Of a stretch of 64,000 nucleotides of DNA, positions 25,619 through 42,868 are shown in pieces. The notes beneath the pieces were generated by a model that was not told where the DNA came from, ran no database searches, and saw only the letters and a program-made list of their open reading frames with translations. How positions within the stretch are numbered: the first letter of the stretch is position 1; every line of letters starts with the position of its first letter. The position numbers and the translations under genes are program-made. The stretch lies in assembly GCF_009914755.1 (NCBI RefSeq), contig NC_060936.1. One strand, given 5' to 3'. This stretch comes from the human T2T-CHM13v2.0 reference genome, Homo sapiens.

Positions 25619-27769
25619 GAGTAGTTTAGAGGGAAAAATATCAGAGCACTAGAAAGTAAGCTTTCTTCAGCTATCTGCTCAATGTTTTCAGCCAGATTTC
25701 TTTGATATGTGTCTTTCCTTTCCAAATAATCCCTCAGTTCCTTTTACCTGGAGTTCAGCACTAATCCAGGCTACCTTCTAATATTGCTATCTGTCCAATG
25801 CAGGTCATATTTCCCCTATTGAGTTCCTGAAGGCTACATTTATGTTTTGTTTTTCCTTATAGCACCCAAAGCACCTAGAACAGCTGCTTGCATCTAGTAA
25901 GCACTTGGAAGCAAATGCATGTTGAAATAAATTGTGGAATTAATATTAGATTTTGGCTTAAAATAAAGCAGCACTCATCTTCCACGAGAAGGGCACATCC
26001 AACCCAATCTCTTGTTCCTTCTCCAAGTCCAGCAGTATCAGAGTTGACACTTTGGAGAATGATCCTCCTTTGAGATCCTTCAGAGTCAAAGGAAGAGTCG
26101 GTGGAGTCTACTGTCCTCAAGGCAAGGCCATGGAATATTAGAGCAGCGTGGTGCTTTAAAGATCACATAGTCCAACAGATTTGAAAACTGAGGCTCTGAG
26201 AAGGAAATCAAATTGGCCCAGGGGCCCCTGCTGGATGGTGAAAGAGTCAGTGTTGAATCTCTTTCTGTTACACAATGAGATCAGCTCATAAATATATATA
26301 AAAAAAATTCAACCTGAGTTAGGAGCAAAAATATTTTCTGGCTATTAAAATATTAAACTCACCAGAATGTGTCATTCCTTCAATTATTTAAGCTATTCAA
26401 AAGTATACTGTTTTAACATTTTTTATTCTAGATACTAACACTAAAGCTAAGAATTAGCTCTAGCACATTATTTACTGACTACACATGTTCAGACACACCT
26501 AGGACCAAACGTGTCCCCCAGGCATCATGACCAGTTAAGTAAAAGCTTGAGGACTGCGGGTCTGATCCTCTCCCCACTACAATAGGATTAGAAAGTCCTT
26601 AACTTCTCTTCCTACTATTGGAACCAGATTTGCTCTCTCACCACAGAAGCCCTTTTAGGAACAGCCGTGGGCCTGTGGGCCTTATCATTTATCACTTGTT
26701 TCAAGGGCTTAAACTTTGATCTGGGGATAATTTGGTATGTTTGAAAGAGGAATAAGCCTTTTGTCTAATCTAGGGAATAAAGTACAGAATCCAGCAGCTG
26801 GAAGTCTTGGGTTTATTTTTCTTAGGCAAACCCATGAATTTATCATCATTTCCGGGAGAAACAAAGAAGGGGTTCCAGGAAGCCATTCCCAGCCGTTGGG
26901 TACTTATTTAAAGAAAAGAGGAAGAAAGAGAGAAAGAAAAATAGCCTCTCAGGCTGAAGAAGTGCTGGAGACCCAGATCCCAGCAGATGAGAAGAAACAG
27001 GCTTTCTTCAACGTCAGCCTGTGGCAGGGATTTGATAACTTTCTTCTCCCAGCTCCCTGAACCTGACCTGAATGGTCTGCTCTGGGTAATCTGAATAAAC
27101 TCTCTTGAGGTTCTATAGGGTCCTAATTTAGTGTGAGGGAGGAGAAGATAGGTTGTCAGATTGACATCTGTTGCTGTTCTGAGTAGGGTTTGAGGAGTCT
27201 AAGTCTTGGGAGACTGAGAAACACACGGACTCCAGCTCCATTCAGAAGCTGCATGGATTTATTTAGACACACTGGAATACTGACTTTTCTTGAACTTTAA
27301 AGGTCAGATGAACTCAGTATCTAAAATTGAGTTCTGGCAAAAATGATATTTCATCATATCTATTATTACAGTTTCTTATAAATGTAATTCCCTTTTGAAT
27401 TGGTAGATTACTTTTATGCTAGTAACACGATGTTTCAAAGCACTGTTTTACCCATTTCTTCAAATGTTGCTGATTTAAAATACCTATTATATAGATCAAA
27501 CATTAGGTTTTAAGCCTTGGGTGCTATGCCTGCTGTGAGTTTAAAACTGCTTTTGGAGAATTCTGCTTCTACTTCAAGTGGACTTTCTCCCTTTTATGAC
27601 CTTAAAGGCTGAGTACTAGATGTGATATAAGTGAACTGAAGGAACAGGGCCCAGGTTTATCATCATTATTGTATTGCTTTATTCTGTCTGTTTTTGTTAC
27701 ATTTTCACAAAGTATTTTGAAATGCACCTACTGTAAGAAGGGAGGCTATTCGGGACATTTGATTTTCTA

Positions 27770-28358
27770 TTTTTTTTATTTATTTTTATTTTTTGTCTTT
27801 CTTTTTTTGTTTTTTTTTTATTGTTTATTATTATTATACTTTAAGTTTTAGGGTACATGTGCACAATGTGCAGGTTAGTTACATATGTATACATGTGCCA
27901 TGCTGGTGTGCTGCACCCATTAACTCATCATTTAGCATTAGGTATATCTCCTAATTCTATCCCTCCCCCCTCCCCCCACCCCACAACAGTCCCCAGAGCG
28001 TGATGTTCCCCTTCCTGTGTCCATGTGTTCTCATTGTTCAATTCCCATCTATGAGTGAGAACATGCGGTGTTTGTTTTTTTGTCCTTGCGATAGTTTACT
28101 GAGAATGATTGATTTCCAATTTCATCCATGTCCCTACAAAGGACATGAACTCATCATTTTTTATGGCTGCATAGTATTCCATGGTGTATATGTGCCACAT
28201 TTTCTTAATCCAGTCTATCATTGTTGGACATTTGGGTTGGTTCCAAGTCTTTGCTATTGTGAATAGTGCCACAATAAACATACGTGTGCATGAGTCTTTA
28301 TAGCAGCATGATTTATAGTCCTTTGGGTATATAACCAGTAATGGGATGGCTGGGTCAA
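27770..28358 (-). mobile_element. 5'-truncated young L1 (L1PA4-like), ~590 bp
   Basis: Perfect 18-bp TSD gggacatttgattttcta (27752-27769 / 28359-28376); long poly(A) tail; ORF2 C-terminal residues in ORF 28096..28419. Confidence 0.92.
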
Positions 28359-28592
28359 GGGACATTTGATTTTCTAGAAGGATATTACCAACATCCCCAT
28401 AGACAAAGGTAAAAGTCAATACTGATGATCCATTATTAAAGTCAGTTTTGGATTTTAATTGTTAGTAGATTGCACTTGTCTAGCACTTTATGTAATCTTA
28501 AGTAAGTTTTTTGTAACATGGAGAGATTTAAATGTTATGCACAGATGTACATCTAACTGGTGGCCGAGCTGGGGGTAGAACCTGAGGATCTC

Positions 28593-29071
28593 ATTCTATT
28601 GTAAAGATACATGCACACGTATGTTCACTGCAGCACTATCCACAAGAGCAAAGACATGAAATCAACCCAAAATGCCCATCAATGATAGAATGGATAAAGG
28701 AAATATGGTACATATACACCATGGAATACTATGCAGCCATAAAAAGGAACGAGATCATGTCCTTTGCAGGAACATAGATGGAGCTGGAAGCCATTATCCT
28801 CAACGAACTAACGCAGGAACAGAAAACCAAACATCACATGTTCTCACTTATAAGTGGGAACTGAACAATGAGAAAACATGGACACAGGGAGGGGAAAAAT
28901 ACACACTGGGGCCTGTCGGGGGAAGGGTCATGGGGAGGGGGAGCATCAGGGTAAATAGCTAATGCATGTGGGGCTTAATACCTAGGTGATGGGTTGATAG
29001 GTGCAGCAAACCACCATGCACACATTTACCTATGTAACAAACTAAAAATAGAATGAAATAAAATATAATAA
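28593..29071 (+). mobile_element. 5'-truncated L1 (L1PA10-13-like), inserted in a MIR relic
   Basis: Perfect 16-bp TSD agaacctgaggatctc (28577-28592 / 29072-29087); L1 3' UTR with G-rich tract at 28918-28941. Confidence 0.9.
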
Positions 29072-30246
29072 AGAACCTGAGGATCTCTGCTTATATTTCA
29101 TTATCTTTACAACACATTTCAGTTTAAGCAGAACCATTTTCTCCAGGTATTAAAGTGGGTTTTGATTGATAATCAAGATTCTGATTTTTCCCAGTATGGA
29201 AGTCTGTCCATACACACATAACCTGACACCTTCCTTGGATCTAATCTCTGCAGTCCACCTGGCTAATTCCAAGTAGCATCCCATCACAGCAGGCATGAAC
29301 ACCTGAATGGTACCTGCTACTGGCAGATTTCCTAGGATCTCCCTAGATATTTAAAAAAGCATAGGCTTCCTGACACACCCCAGTTGAATATAATTGTATG
29401 TAATACTAGACAGAATACTGGATGCAAAATCAGAAAGATGTGGGCTCAAATGTTGAGTTGCCCACTTATTAACTCTGTGACTATGAAAGAGTTACTAAAT
29501 CAACACACAAAAATTCTTAATAAAATGTTAGCAATTCTGTCTAGCTCTACATAATGTCTATACATACTTATGACCAAGAATTTATTCGGAAAAGCAGTTT
29601 GTTTAACATTAAAAATTTAATTAACATAACTTAACACACTAACGTAGGATCATCTCCATAAACGCAGAAAAAGCATTTCACGAAATTTAACCCATTCATG
29701 AAAAATAAATAAATAAAAGAAGCATAGCTTTTAACAATCTAGGAATAAAAGGAAACATCTACAATCTGATAAATATTAATAATATCTGTGAAAAAACTAC
29801 AGCTAGCAGCCTACACGAAATACTAAATGTTTTTCCCCCTAAGAATCAAAACAAGAATGTTTGCTTTCACCACTTCCATTCAACATTGTAGTAGAAGTGC
29901 TAGCCGATGTAACAAGCCAAGATAAAGGAAAGAAGGCCATAAATATTGGGGGAAAAAAGTCAAACTCTTAATCTACACACGGCATCATTATATATAGAGA
30001 GATGATCTTAAGGAATCAACAAAAAACCTTGTAGAAATAATGCTAGTTTGGTAAAGATGCAGAAAACAACATCAATATATAAAAGTTGTATTTCTATATA
30101 CTAGCAAAAACCCTGACAAATAAAAATATTAAAATACGATTTACAAAACATCAAATATATAATATACTCAGGAATAAATGTTATGGAAAATGTGCAAAAC
30201 CTCTGTACTGAAAACTAGAAAATATTGCTGAAAGAAATTAAAGAAT

Positions 30247-31351
30247 CTCTATTTTTAGTTCTTTGAGATATCTCCATATTGTTTTCTGTAGAGGTTGTAC
30301 TAATTTACATCCCCACCAGGAGTGTATAAGCATTCCCTTTTCTCTATATGCTTGCCAACATCTGTGGTTTTTTGACTTTTTAATAATAGTCATTCTGACT
30401 GGTGTGAGATGGTATCTCATCGTGGTTTTAATTTGCCTTTTTCTGATGGTTAGAGGTGTTGATCATTTTTTATTTATATGTCTTCTTTTGAAAAATGTCT
30501 GTTCTTGTCCTTTGTCCACTTTTTAATCAGGGTTATTTATGTTTTTTTCTTATTGAGTTGTTTGAGTTCCTTGTAGATTCTGGATATTAGTTCTTTGTTG
30601 GATGCATAGTTTGCAAATATTTTCTTCCATTCTGTAGGTTGTCTGTTGTCATTGTTAATTATTTATTTTGCTATGCAGAAGCTTTTTTGTTTAATGAAGT
30701 CCCATTTGTTCATTTTTATTTTTGTTGCATTTGCTTTTGAGGTCTCAGTCATAAATTCTTTGCCTAGGCCAATGTACAGGAGAGTTTTTTCTAGGTTTTC
30801 TTTTAGAATTTTTATAGTTTCAGGTCTTAGTATTCCAGAAATTCCACTACTAATTGTCTACCCACAGGAAAAATAATTATTATCTCAAAAAGACCTGCAC
30901 TTGTATATTTATTGTAGCACTATTCACGATAGCAAAGTTATGGAATCAACCTAAATGTCCATCAACAGATGACTGGATAAGAAAATGTGGTATTTATCTA
31001 CCATGGAATATACTTATCCATAAAAATATCAAATCACGTCTTTTGCAGCAACATGGATGGATCTGGAGGCTATTATCTTAGGTTGAAATAACTCAGAAAG
31101 TCAAATACTGCATGTTCTCACTTAGAAGTGGGAGCTGAATAATGCGTACACATGGACATAGAGAGTGGAATAACAGACACTGGAGGCTTGCAAAGGTGGG
31201 AGGGTTGTAGGAGGGTAAGGGATGATAAATTACCTGGGAGGTTACGAGATACACTGTACAGGTGACAGTTACACGAAAAGCCCAGACTTCACTGCTATGA
31301 AATATATCCTTGTAACAAAGCTGTTTTTGTGCCCTCTAACTCTATATTTAA
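30247..31351 (+). mobile_element. L1PB3/4-like element with 5' inversion (twin priming)
   Basis: 30247-30829 antisense ORF2, 30830-31351 sense continuation and 3' UTR; TSD aaagaaattaaagaat / aaagaaatggaagaat (14/16). Confidence 0.82.
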
Positions 31352-32144
31352 AAAGAAATGGAAGAATATCTAAATAAATAGAGAGATGTAGCATATTCAT
31401 GGATTAGAACACTGAATACATTAAGGTGGAAACACTTCCTAAATTGCTGAAAACAAGCAGTGAAATTTTAGTGAAAATCCAAGAAGATTTGTTTGGTAGT
31501 AATTGAGAAGCTTATTCTAAAGCTTATATGGAAATACAATGAAACCAAATTTTCTAACACAATCATAAAAAAGAAGATTAGAGTTAGAGGACATACGCTA
31601 CCTGATTTCAAGGCTTGTTATGAGGCCACAATAGTCAAGACAGGGTGATACTGACATAAGAATTGATAAATGGGTCAATGGAACAAAATAGAGAGTTCAG
31701 AAATAGACTCACACATATACGGTCAATTTTTTGACCAAGTCACCATGGCAACTCAATGGAGAAAGGAAAGTCTTTAAACAAATGATTCAGGAAAAACCAG
31801 ATTCCATATGGGGGATAAAAAAAACAACTGCAGACACTACCCTAACCACTACCTTATACCATACACAGGAATTAGTTTGACATAGCCCATAGAACAAAAT
31901 GTAAAATGTAAAGTTATAAAGTTTCTAGAAGAAAACATAGGGGAATATACTTATGATTATGGGTAGGCAAAAATTTATCAGATAGGACATCAAAAATACT
32001 AAATATACAATAAAAATATTAATAAATTGGAATTCACAAAATTAAAAAATTCTTCTCATCACAAACGGTAGTGAAGAAAATTGGAAAGCAAATCACATAC
32101 TGGAAGAAAATATTCTTAATACATAAATCTGACAAATGATTTTT

Positions 32145-32435
32145 TTTTTTTTTGAGAGAGAGAGTCTCACTCTGTTGCCCAGGCTGGAGTATGGTGGTGC
32201 AATCTTGGCTCACTGCAGCCTCAACCTCCCTGACCCAAGCAATCCTCTCATCTCAGCCTTCCAAGAAGCTGGGACTATATCACGTACTACCACACCTAGC
32301 TATTTTTTGTATTTTTGTAGAGACAAGGTCTCACTGTGTTGCCCAGGCTCGTCTCGAATTCCTAAACTCAAACGATCCTCCCACCTTGGCCTCCCAAAGT
32401 GTTGGGATTACAGGAGTGAGCTACTGTGCCCAGCC
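32145..32435 (-). mobile_element. AluJ
   Basis: Full dimeric Alu with poly(T) at left; TSD acaaatgattttt / acaaatgactttt. Confidence 0.93.
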
Positions 32436-33096
32436 ACAAATGACTTTTATACAGAAAAATAGGAAGTTTTACTACTTATAAATAAATGAGAAAGATGAAT
32501 GATTCAATTTTTTAGAAAGGACAAAAAAAACCTTGGCTATATATGTCACAAAGATATATAAAAGCCCATAAGTAATGAAAAAGTGCTTGATATCACCAGT
32601 ATTTAGAGAAATTGAACTAAAATCACAATGAGATTCCATTCCACACACACTAGAATGATTACATTTAAGATTGATGAAACCAAGTGTTGACAGGGATGTG
32701 TAGGCACCAGTGATCTCTCATACTGCTGTGGGCTTATAAAATGATACAGCCACCTCGGAACTCTGTTTGATAGGTTCTTATGAAGTTAGCCCTTTATCTT
32801 CCCCATGATCCTGCAATTTCACTCCCAGGTATTTACCCAAGAGAAATGAACACATATGCACAAAATGTCCTGAATGAGAATATTCATAGCAGACTTTGCA
32901 GCCAAAACTGAAGACAATCTGGATGTGCATTAGCAAGAATGGATGAGCAAACTAAGATGTATTCATATGATGAATAAAAGGAACAGACTACCAACACACA
33001 CAACCATAGAACTCAAAAATACTATGTTGAGTGAAAAAAGCCAGATGCAAAAGATTACATTAATATGATTATCTTTATATGAAGTTCAAGCATAGA

Positions 33097-33488
33097 TGTT
33101 ATGGGCTGAATCATGTCCCCTCCAAAATTCATATGTTCACATCCTAATCCCCAGTACTCAGAATGTGAGTATATTTGGAGATAGAGCCTTTAAAGAGGTA
33201 ATTAAATAAAAATGAGGCCATTATCATGGGCCCTAATCCAATATGGTGTCTTTATAAGACAAGGAGATTAGGACACAGACACACAGAGGAAAGTCCATGT
33301 GCAACAAAGGGTGAAGAAAGTCATCTACAAGCCAAGGAGAGAGATTGGTCTCAGAAAAAACCAACCCCCTACAAACACTTCAGTCTTGGACTCCTATCCT
33401 CCAGATTGTGAGAAAATAAATTTCTGTTGTTTAAGCCACCCAGTCTGTGGTACTTTGTTATGGATGGCAGCCCTAGCAAATTAATACA
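33097..33488 (+). mobile_element. MLT1B-like MaLR solo LTR
   Basis: Starts tgttatgggctgaat, ends gcagccctagcaaattaataca; AATAAA at ~33415; TSD ataga/atgga. Confidence 0.88.
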
Positions 33489-36029
33489 ATGGACAAAACT
33501 AATAAATGATAATAGAAAACTGAAGAGCGGCTGCCTCTTGGGGGAAGGTTTTTGATTTAAAAGGGGCATCAAGAAACTTTCTGGGTTGACGAAAATACTC
33601 TGTATCTTGGTTAGGGAGGTGGTTATCTGGAGGTATAATTGTCAATTTATTTTTTAAGCTGTGTTCTTAACATAGGTGCATTCTGTTACCTGTGAATTAT
33701 ACATCAATTTTAAATGGGAAAAATTTAAATTCATTTACATCCCAGCATTTCAGCTGAACAGGAGGATGATGACAACGTAGCTTTTGTTGTTGCTAAGATG
33801 AAATGAGATGACACCTATGAAATGCCGGCACAGTGCTTAGCATATGGGAAGCTCTCAATGTTAGTGCAATCTGAACCCGTCTCCGTATACTGGCCTCTTG
33901 TTCCTTTGAAATATTTGCTTCCTGGAATTTTAGTTAAAAACATCAATGAGACAAACCAGATGACTTTGTTCTTTTTTTTCTGTGAACTCTGCTTTTTGTG
34001 GAGGCTTTCTCCTTTTCAATATGTTCAGGAATAATCCCCAAGTGCCACGTAGAAGTGCCAGCTCCCTACCCATTCTGGGCTTGCCCTTCACCTGGCAAGA
34101 GGCTCTGATTCCATCCATGAAAGAATTTCACACATTCTCCTGGTGACCATTGATCCTTTTTCGGCTCCAATGTCACCCTGGAAACTGCCCCACGAAGGGT
34201 TTGTTTTCAGGCATTCAGGCAGGTGTTTGTTGATCTTGCTCCGGTTCACTTTACGACTGGGAAAAAAAAGATTGCCCCCCTCTCCCCCAGACTGGTGGCA
34301 TTTTTTACTTGGGGCCTGAAGAGGAGAGCTGATGTGCAGCTGGTTACATCTGAAAGCCAGTAGCTGGGAGAGCCATTTGTCCTTCACCTCAGACCGTTTA
34401 GCTTTTGCCCAAAAATTCTAAGAAAAATTGTGTTAATGTTCAGCTTGAATTTTTCACTGTGAACAAAAGTAGAGCACATGGATGTCTCTGCATTCATCAT
34501 CAAAATGATCACACAGGAATCCATAACCTTGTTCATATGTGTCTTCTCTTCACCTGGGTCATTCCCAAATCACTGGGGAAATTAGCTATATACCCATGGG
34601 TGGAAAGGGTGGGAAGCTGGTACTAGGATGGCCAGAGACAACACATTGTCTAGAAATCTCAATGCCTGCATGGATGGTGTCACTGAACACATCCATGCCC
34701 AAAGACTTTCAGTGGCTTCCTGCTTGCCATCATAACAGATCTGAACTGACCGGGCTTTCCTAGCGCCTCAGAATCTGGCCTCTCCCTACCTACAGGACCT
34801 TACTTGCTCTGTTATCCAGCATCTATCCTCTACTCTTGCAAGACTTGTCTTTTTGCTGTCCCTATGGGAGCTATACTCATTCCCGTAGAAGGCTTACAGA
34901 GGATGTTACATTTGGTGATACTCATTCAGGGAGATATGTTTGGGAGAGGAGTCAGGTTAGCCTGAGGAATTGATGGGCTCAGAATAGCTAAGACTGAGAA
35001 ATGTGGAAGCAGAGAGTAAGTGCATTTGTTGGGCTCTGAAGGAGAGGAGAATCCTGGTAGCTCCCTGGTTGGATAGGTAGGGAAAATTCTTAAGAAGTTT
35101 TGAATTTATAAAGAAAGCTTCATGGAATACCACTGAGGTAGGAGGCGGGACTTTATTCTGGACTAGATTGAAGACTGGCTGAAACATGGAAGAGGGGGAC
35201 TTCTATTTGAGCTGGAGCTGGCCCAGCCCTTTCTTTCCTGAGGTGATGCTGCATGTCCATTGGTATCAAACAATAGGGAAGACTGGCACCATTGGGAACT
35301 GGCCTGGGCACTGTGAGAAGACAGCCAGGACACGCAGAAGGGAAAATAGATACGAGCTCATGCTGGCTGAGCTTACTGCATCCCAGACACTGTGCTGGGC
35401 AATTTCCATGCATGTGGGCATTTTCTCCTCTCAACAACCCTGCCACAGGGGCATTATCACCCCCACCTTACAAAAATGAAGCCCAGGCCTTTAAGCAGTG
35501 TGTGACAATCAGCAGTGGGAACACTCAAATTCGATCCCAGATCTGCTATCCAATTCTTCTTTGATCCTTTTTTCCCTAATGATCAAATCATTCCCTAAGA
35601 ATGATTAAAGTGTTCAACTGCAGGCCGGAGGAGACATTTCCATTTTCAGTTTCAGATTTTGATAAAGAGTTAAAGATCTCCCTCCTACCTTCCACCCACT
35701 TACTCTGTTTTATTTCCTTTTGATTTTAGAGATTTGTCTGAATGCATCCTTACTTTTGCCTTTTGTCTCCTTTCTTTTCTTTTCCTGTCCCACAGCTGGG
35801 ACTCAGTGAGTGCCCTTGGGGCCTGGGTATGTTGGTTGCCGTGTTTATGACCTGGAGTCAGTATAGATCCTGACTTTTGAGATGGAAACTGTCACAGGTA
35901 ACCTTCAATCACCTCCACCCCTAGCCTCCTGTGCCTTCACCTTCTGTCTTTCAGGGGTATCAGGTTTAGATACTTTTCAGCTTGTGCCAAATCTGGTTGG
36001 CCCTGACTCATCTCTGTCTCTCTTTTCTT

Positions 36030-36032
<3 letters not shown>

Positions 36033-36065
<33 letters not shown>

Positions 36066-36077
36066 CACACACAGACA
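36033..36077. repeat. (CA)n microsatellite
   Basis: Directly visible. Confidence 0.95.
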
Positions 36078-37809
36078 CCAGTTTAAGGCTTCTTTAAGAC
36101 AATCACCATGAGCCCCTAACATGAAGGTTCTATTTTAAGGTTAAGTGCACACTTGTCACCTCCTCTAATCCCTGTAACTCTATCTATGGTAGCTTTTTTA
36201 GAAAGTGTGCTGATGTTCATGACTAAGAGACTTAGAAGATGCTGGGAGAATTTAGCAACATTTTGTGTGGTTTCAATTAGGTAAGATTTTATTGGAAGAG
36301 ACCTTTCATGAAGAACTCTCATTTGAAAACCAGGAAGAGGAGGACAAGTCTGTAGGGTAGTGCAGACACGATTTGATTCCTGACAGACACAGGGCACCCT
36401 GCCTATCATAGCAGCAAGCTCCATGGTGGGCTCTGCTCTTGGTCCATGCTCTTGTCTTCCAGGACATATCTCAGGAGGTTGATGGAGAAGGCATTCCCTC
36501 TGAGGCATGCACCATTTCAGCACCCCTTTCTTATTGGTGCTGGTCACTCAGGGACTTCCTTAGACATTGAGAAACCACAGCCTCCTGTTTGGAAAGCTGT
36601 CAGCCAGAGCTGAGTCTCACTCCATCTCCTGAGTCTGTTTTTTTCCTCTTCATCGTCTTTGTTCTCAGCAGACACCCTCCAGGCAATGACAAAGTAGTTC
36701 CCAGCTTCTCCAAGGTTTTTGGTCCTCAACTTTCACGATCTCAGAGAAGAAGAAAGCCCCCTGCCCCTTCCCAAAGTCTACATGTCAAACCACAGGCTCT
36801 GCTTGGCCCTACTTGGGTGATGTGCCCATTTCTGAGCAATCCACCCTGGCCTGAGGACTGAAGCACCTCCAGAAGCCAGGTTTGGTCACTAATGCACCGT
36901 TTTGGCAGACTGGTGGCAGGGCAGCTCTGCCTGCACCACTTGGAATGGATTTTCACAGGAAGGAGGGTTTCTTTAGCAGAAGAGGGAGAAAAGAGGTCGG
37001 GAAAGCAAAAACAACACTCGTGGGTACATTACGTGCAGGTTAAACACGGAGTAAACATTGTGGTTTCTCAAGGATGTTGATGTTTCAGAAAACCTTTGCC
37101 TTGTGGGCGTGCCATTAGAGTTACGAAACTGTGGTAAATACTTATTATTTCTATTAACCTGTTCTTTCAGATGCTGTAGGTCTTAATCTCACTTTCTTTC
37201 TCCTTCCCCCAAGTAAAAATTCCACAGATGTTTGCATTCAGGCTTAAATTTCATTCATTCTGATGTTTTCTATAATGCCGCTTTGGAATTAGGCTATCCT
37301 TCTTATGTGCTTTTCTGAGATTTGGCCAAACCCAGGGATGAATTTCCTGCTTTTGTCTCTCTTGCCATGGGAGAATTAAAAGCAGTAGCTTTTGTACAAT
37401 AACATTACCCTTTCTCCTCTTTCTTTTATTTTTAAAAAGAATTTGAAAGAATGTCAACTTAGGCAAAGAACTAGGGACAGCTCCCTGGTTCCAACTTCTT
37501 TTGTTGCTTCCCCTTCCCCTCTCCGATGTTTCCAAAGCTAGCTTGTCTTCCTAAACATTTTCAACTCTTTCCTCCTGCTTTCTTTCTTCCTATTTTCAGA
37601 GAATACCAAGGCCTTAGGCCTAGGACAAGTATGGTCAGAACTCCCTTGACCAACATGCCCAGTCCTCCTGCTATCCAGTCCTTTGTTATCCTCTCCACAG
37701 TTGGCTCAAGGCCCCATGAGAACTGTTGTCACTTGGAATGGACCTTTATGAATGGCTTGTTGTCCACACTCCTGGAGACCATGGAGATGCAGGTATAAGC
37801 TAGACTATA

Positions 37810-37897
37810 CAGTTGCTCCTTGGTAGGGTCAGTAGATTGGTTCCAGGATGCCCCGTGGATACCAAAATCCAAGGATGCTCAAGTCCTTCTGTATCTG
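37810..37897. mobile_element. Internally deleted MER2 (Tigger/TcMar) fragment
   Basis: 'cagttgctccttggta...gattggttccaggatgccccgtggataccaaaatccaaggatgctcaagtcc', flanked by TA. Confidence 0.7.
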
Positions 37898-38991
37898 TAG
37901 ATATAGAGAGCCGAACATAATGTGGGTGTGTATGGAAAAGGGTGCATGCCTGTTGGAAACAAAAAGTAAAACTAGAAAATGCCAGGAGACTTCATCTGAT
38001 GCAAGACACTAGTGACTCATGGAGATGCCACACACCATGGAAAAGGCCATCCCCAAGGCACCTGATCTCCCATCCCACTAGACCGTGAAGACTCGGTTTT
38101 GGCTAACATTGCCTTCTGTTAAAATCATGAGTTCTAGACCAAAGCTTGCTTAATAACTATCAGTTTAGCCTACTAAATTTCATACAAATTACCTCATTTA
38201 AGCCTCTTAAGCATGTGATAGGTTAGATAACATCATTCTTATATTATCAGAATGTAGACTGAGGCTTAAAGAAGTTATTTTACTTGATTCATCCATAGAT
38301 CTAGTAAGTTGCAGAGCCAGTGTTTGAAAACAGGTTTATTCCACTGAATTATATTGCCTTATAGCCATAAGGCAGGCAGCTGCCTCTGTGGCATGAGTTC
38401 TGAAGTAGGAAGAGCCCTGCTCCCATAAAGTCTCCTTTCTACATCTCATACTACCTCAACAGACCAAAAGATGGTTAAAATTACTCTACTAGTGAAGATG
38501 TAGTAGAGACAGTGCTCCCTAAGGGTCCATGGGCTCCCTTCAATTTCTACCCTTGTCTTGGCAGGAAAGTGAGAACTAGTTCTGGCCAGAAGACTGAGAA
38601 GTAACACATGTCCACTCCCACATCAAAGCACTTAGAAGAGTCAATGTGTCTCTTTCATCTGCTTTGTATCAGTCAGGGTTCTCCAGAGAACCAACAGGAG
38701 ATATGCATGTGTATATACATATATAAAATGTATACACATACATACACAGGCATGCCTCAGAGGTATTTTTATTTTTTTATTTTTTTTTATTATACTTTAA
38801 GTTTTAGGGTACATGTGCACATTGTACAGGTTAGTTACATATGTATACATGTGCCATGCTGGTGCACTGCACCCACTAACTCGTCATCTAGCATTAGGTA
38901 TATCTCCCAATGCTATCCCTCCCCCCTCCCCCACCCCACAACAGTCCCCAAGTGTGATATTCCCCTTCCTGTGTCCATGTGATCTCATTGT

Positions 38992-42820
<3,829 letters not shown>

Positions 42821-42868
42821 TTATTTTGCTAGTTAGTTGATGCAGTTTCTTCCTAGTCTTGATGGTCT

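Larger units (their letters stand above)
29500..33715 (+). mobile_element. Ancient L1 (L1MD/L1ME-like) ORF2 3' half and 3' UTR, hosting L1PB, AluJ and MLT1B insertions
   Basis: A-rich degenerate ORF2 (e.g. 'gcagaaaaagcatttcacgaaatttaacccattcatg', 'ctacctgatttcaaggcttg') that resumes after each nested insert. Confidence 0.75.
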
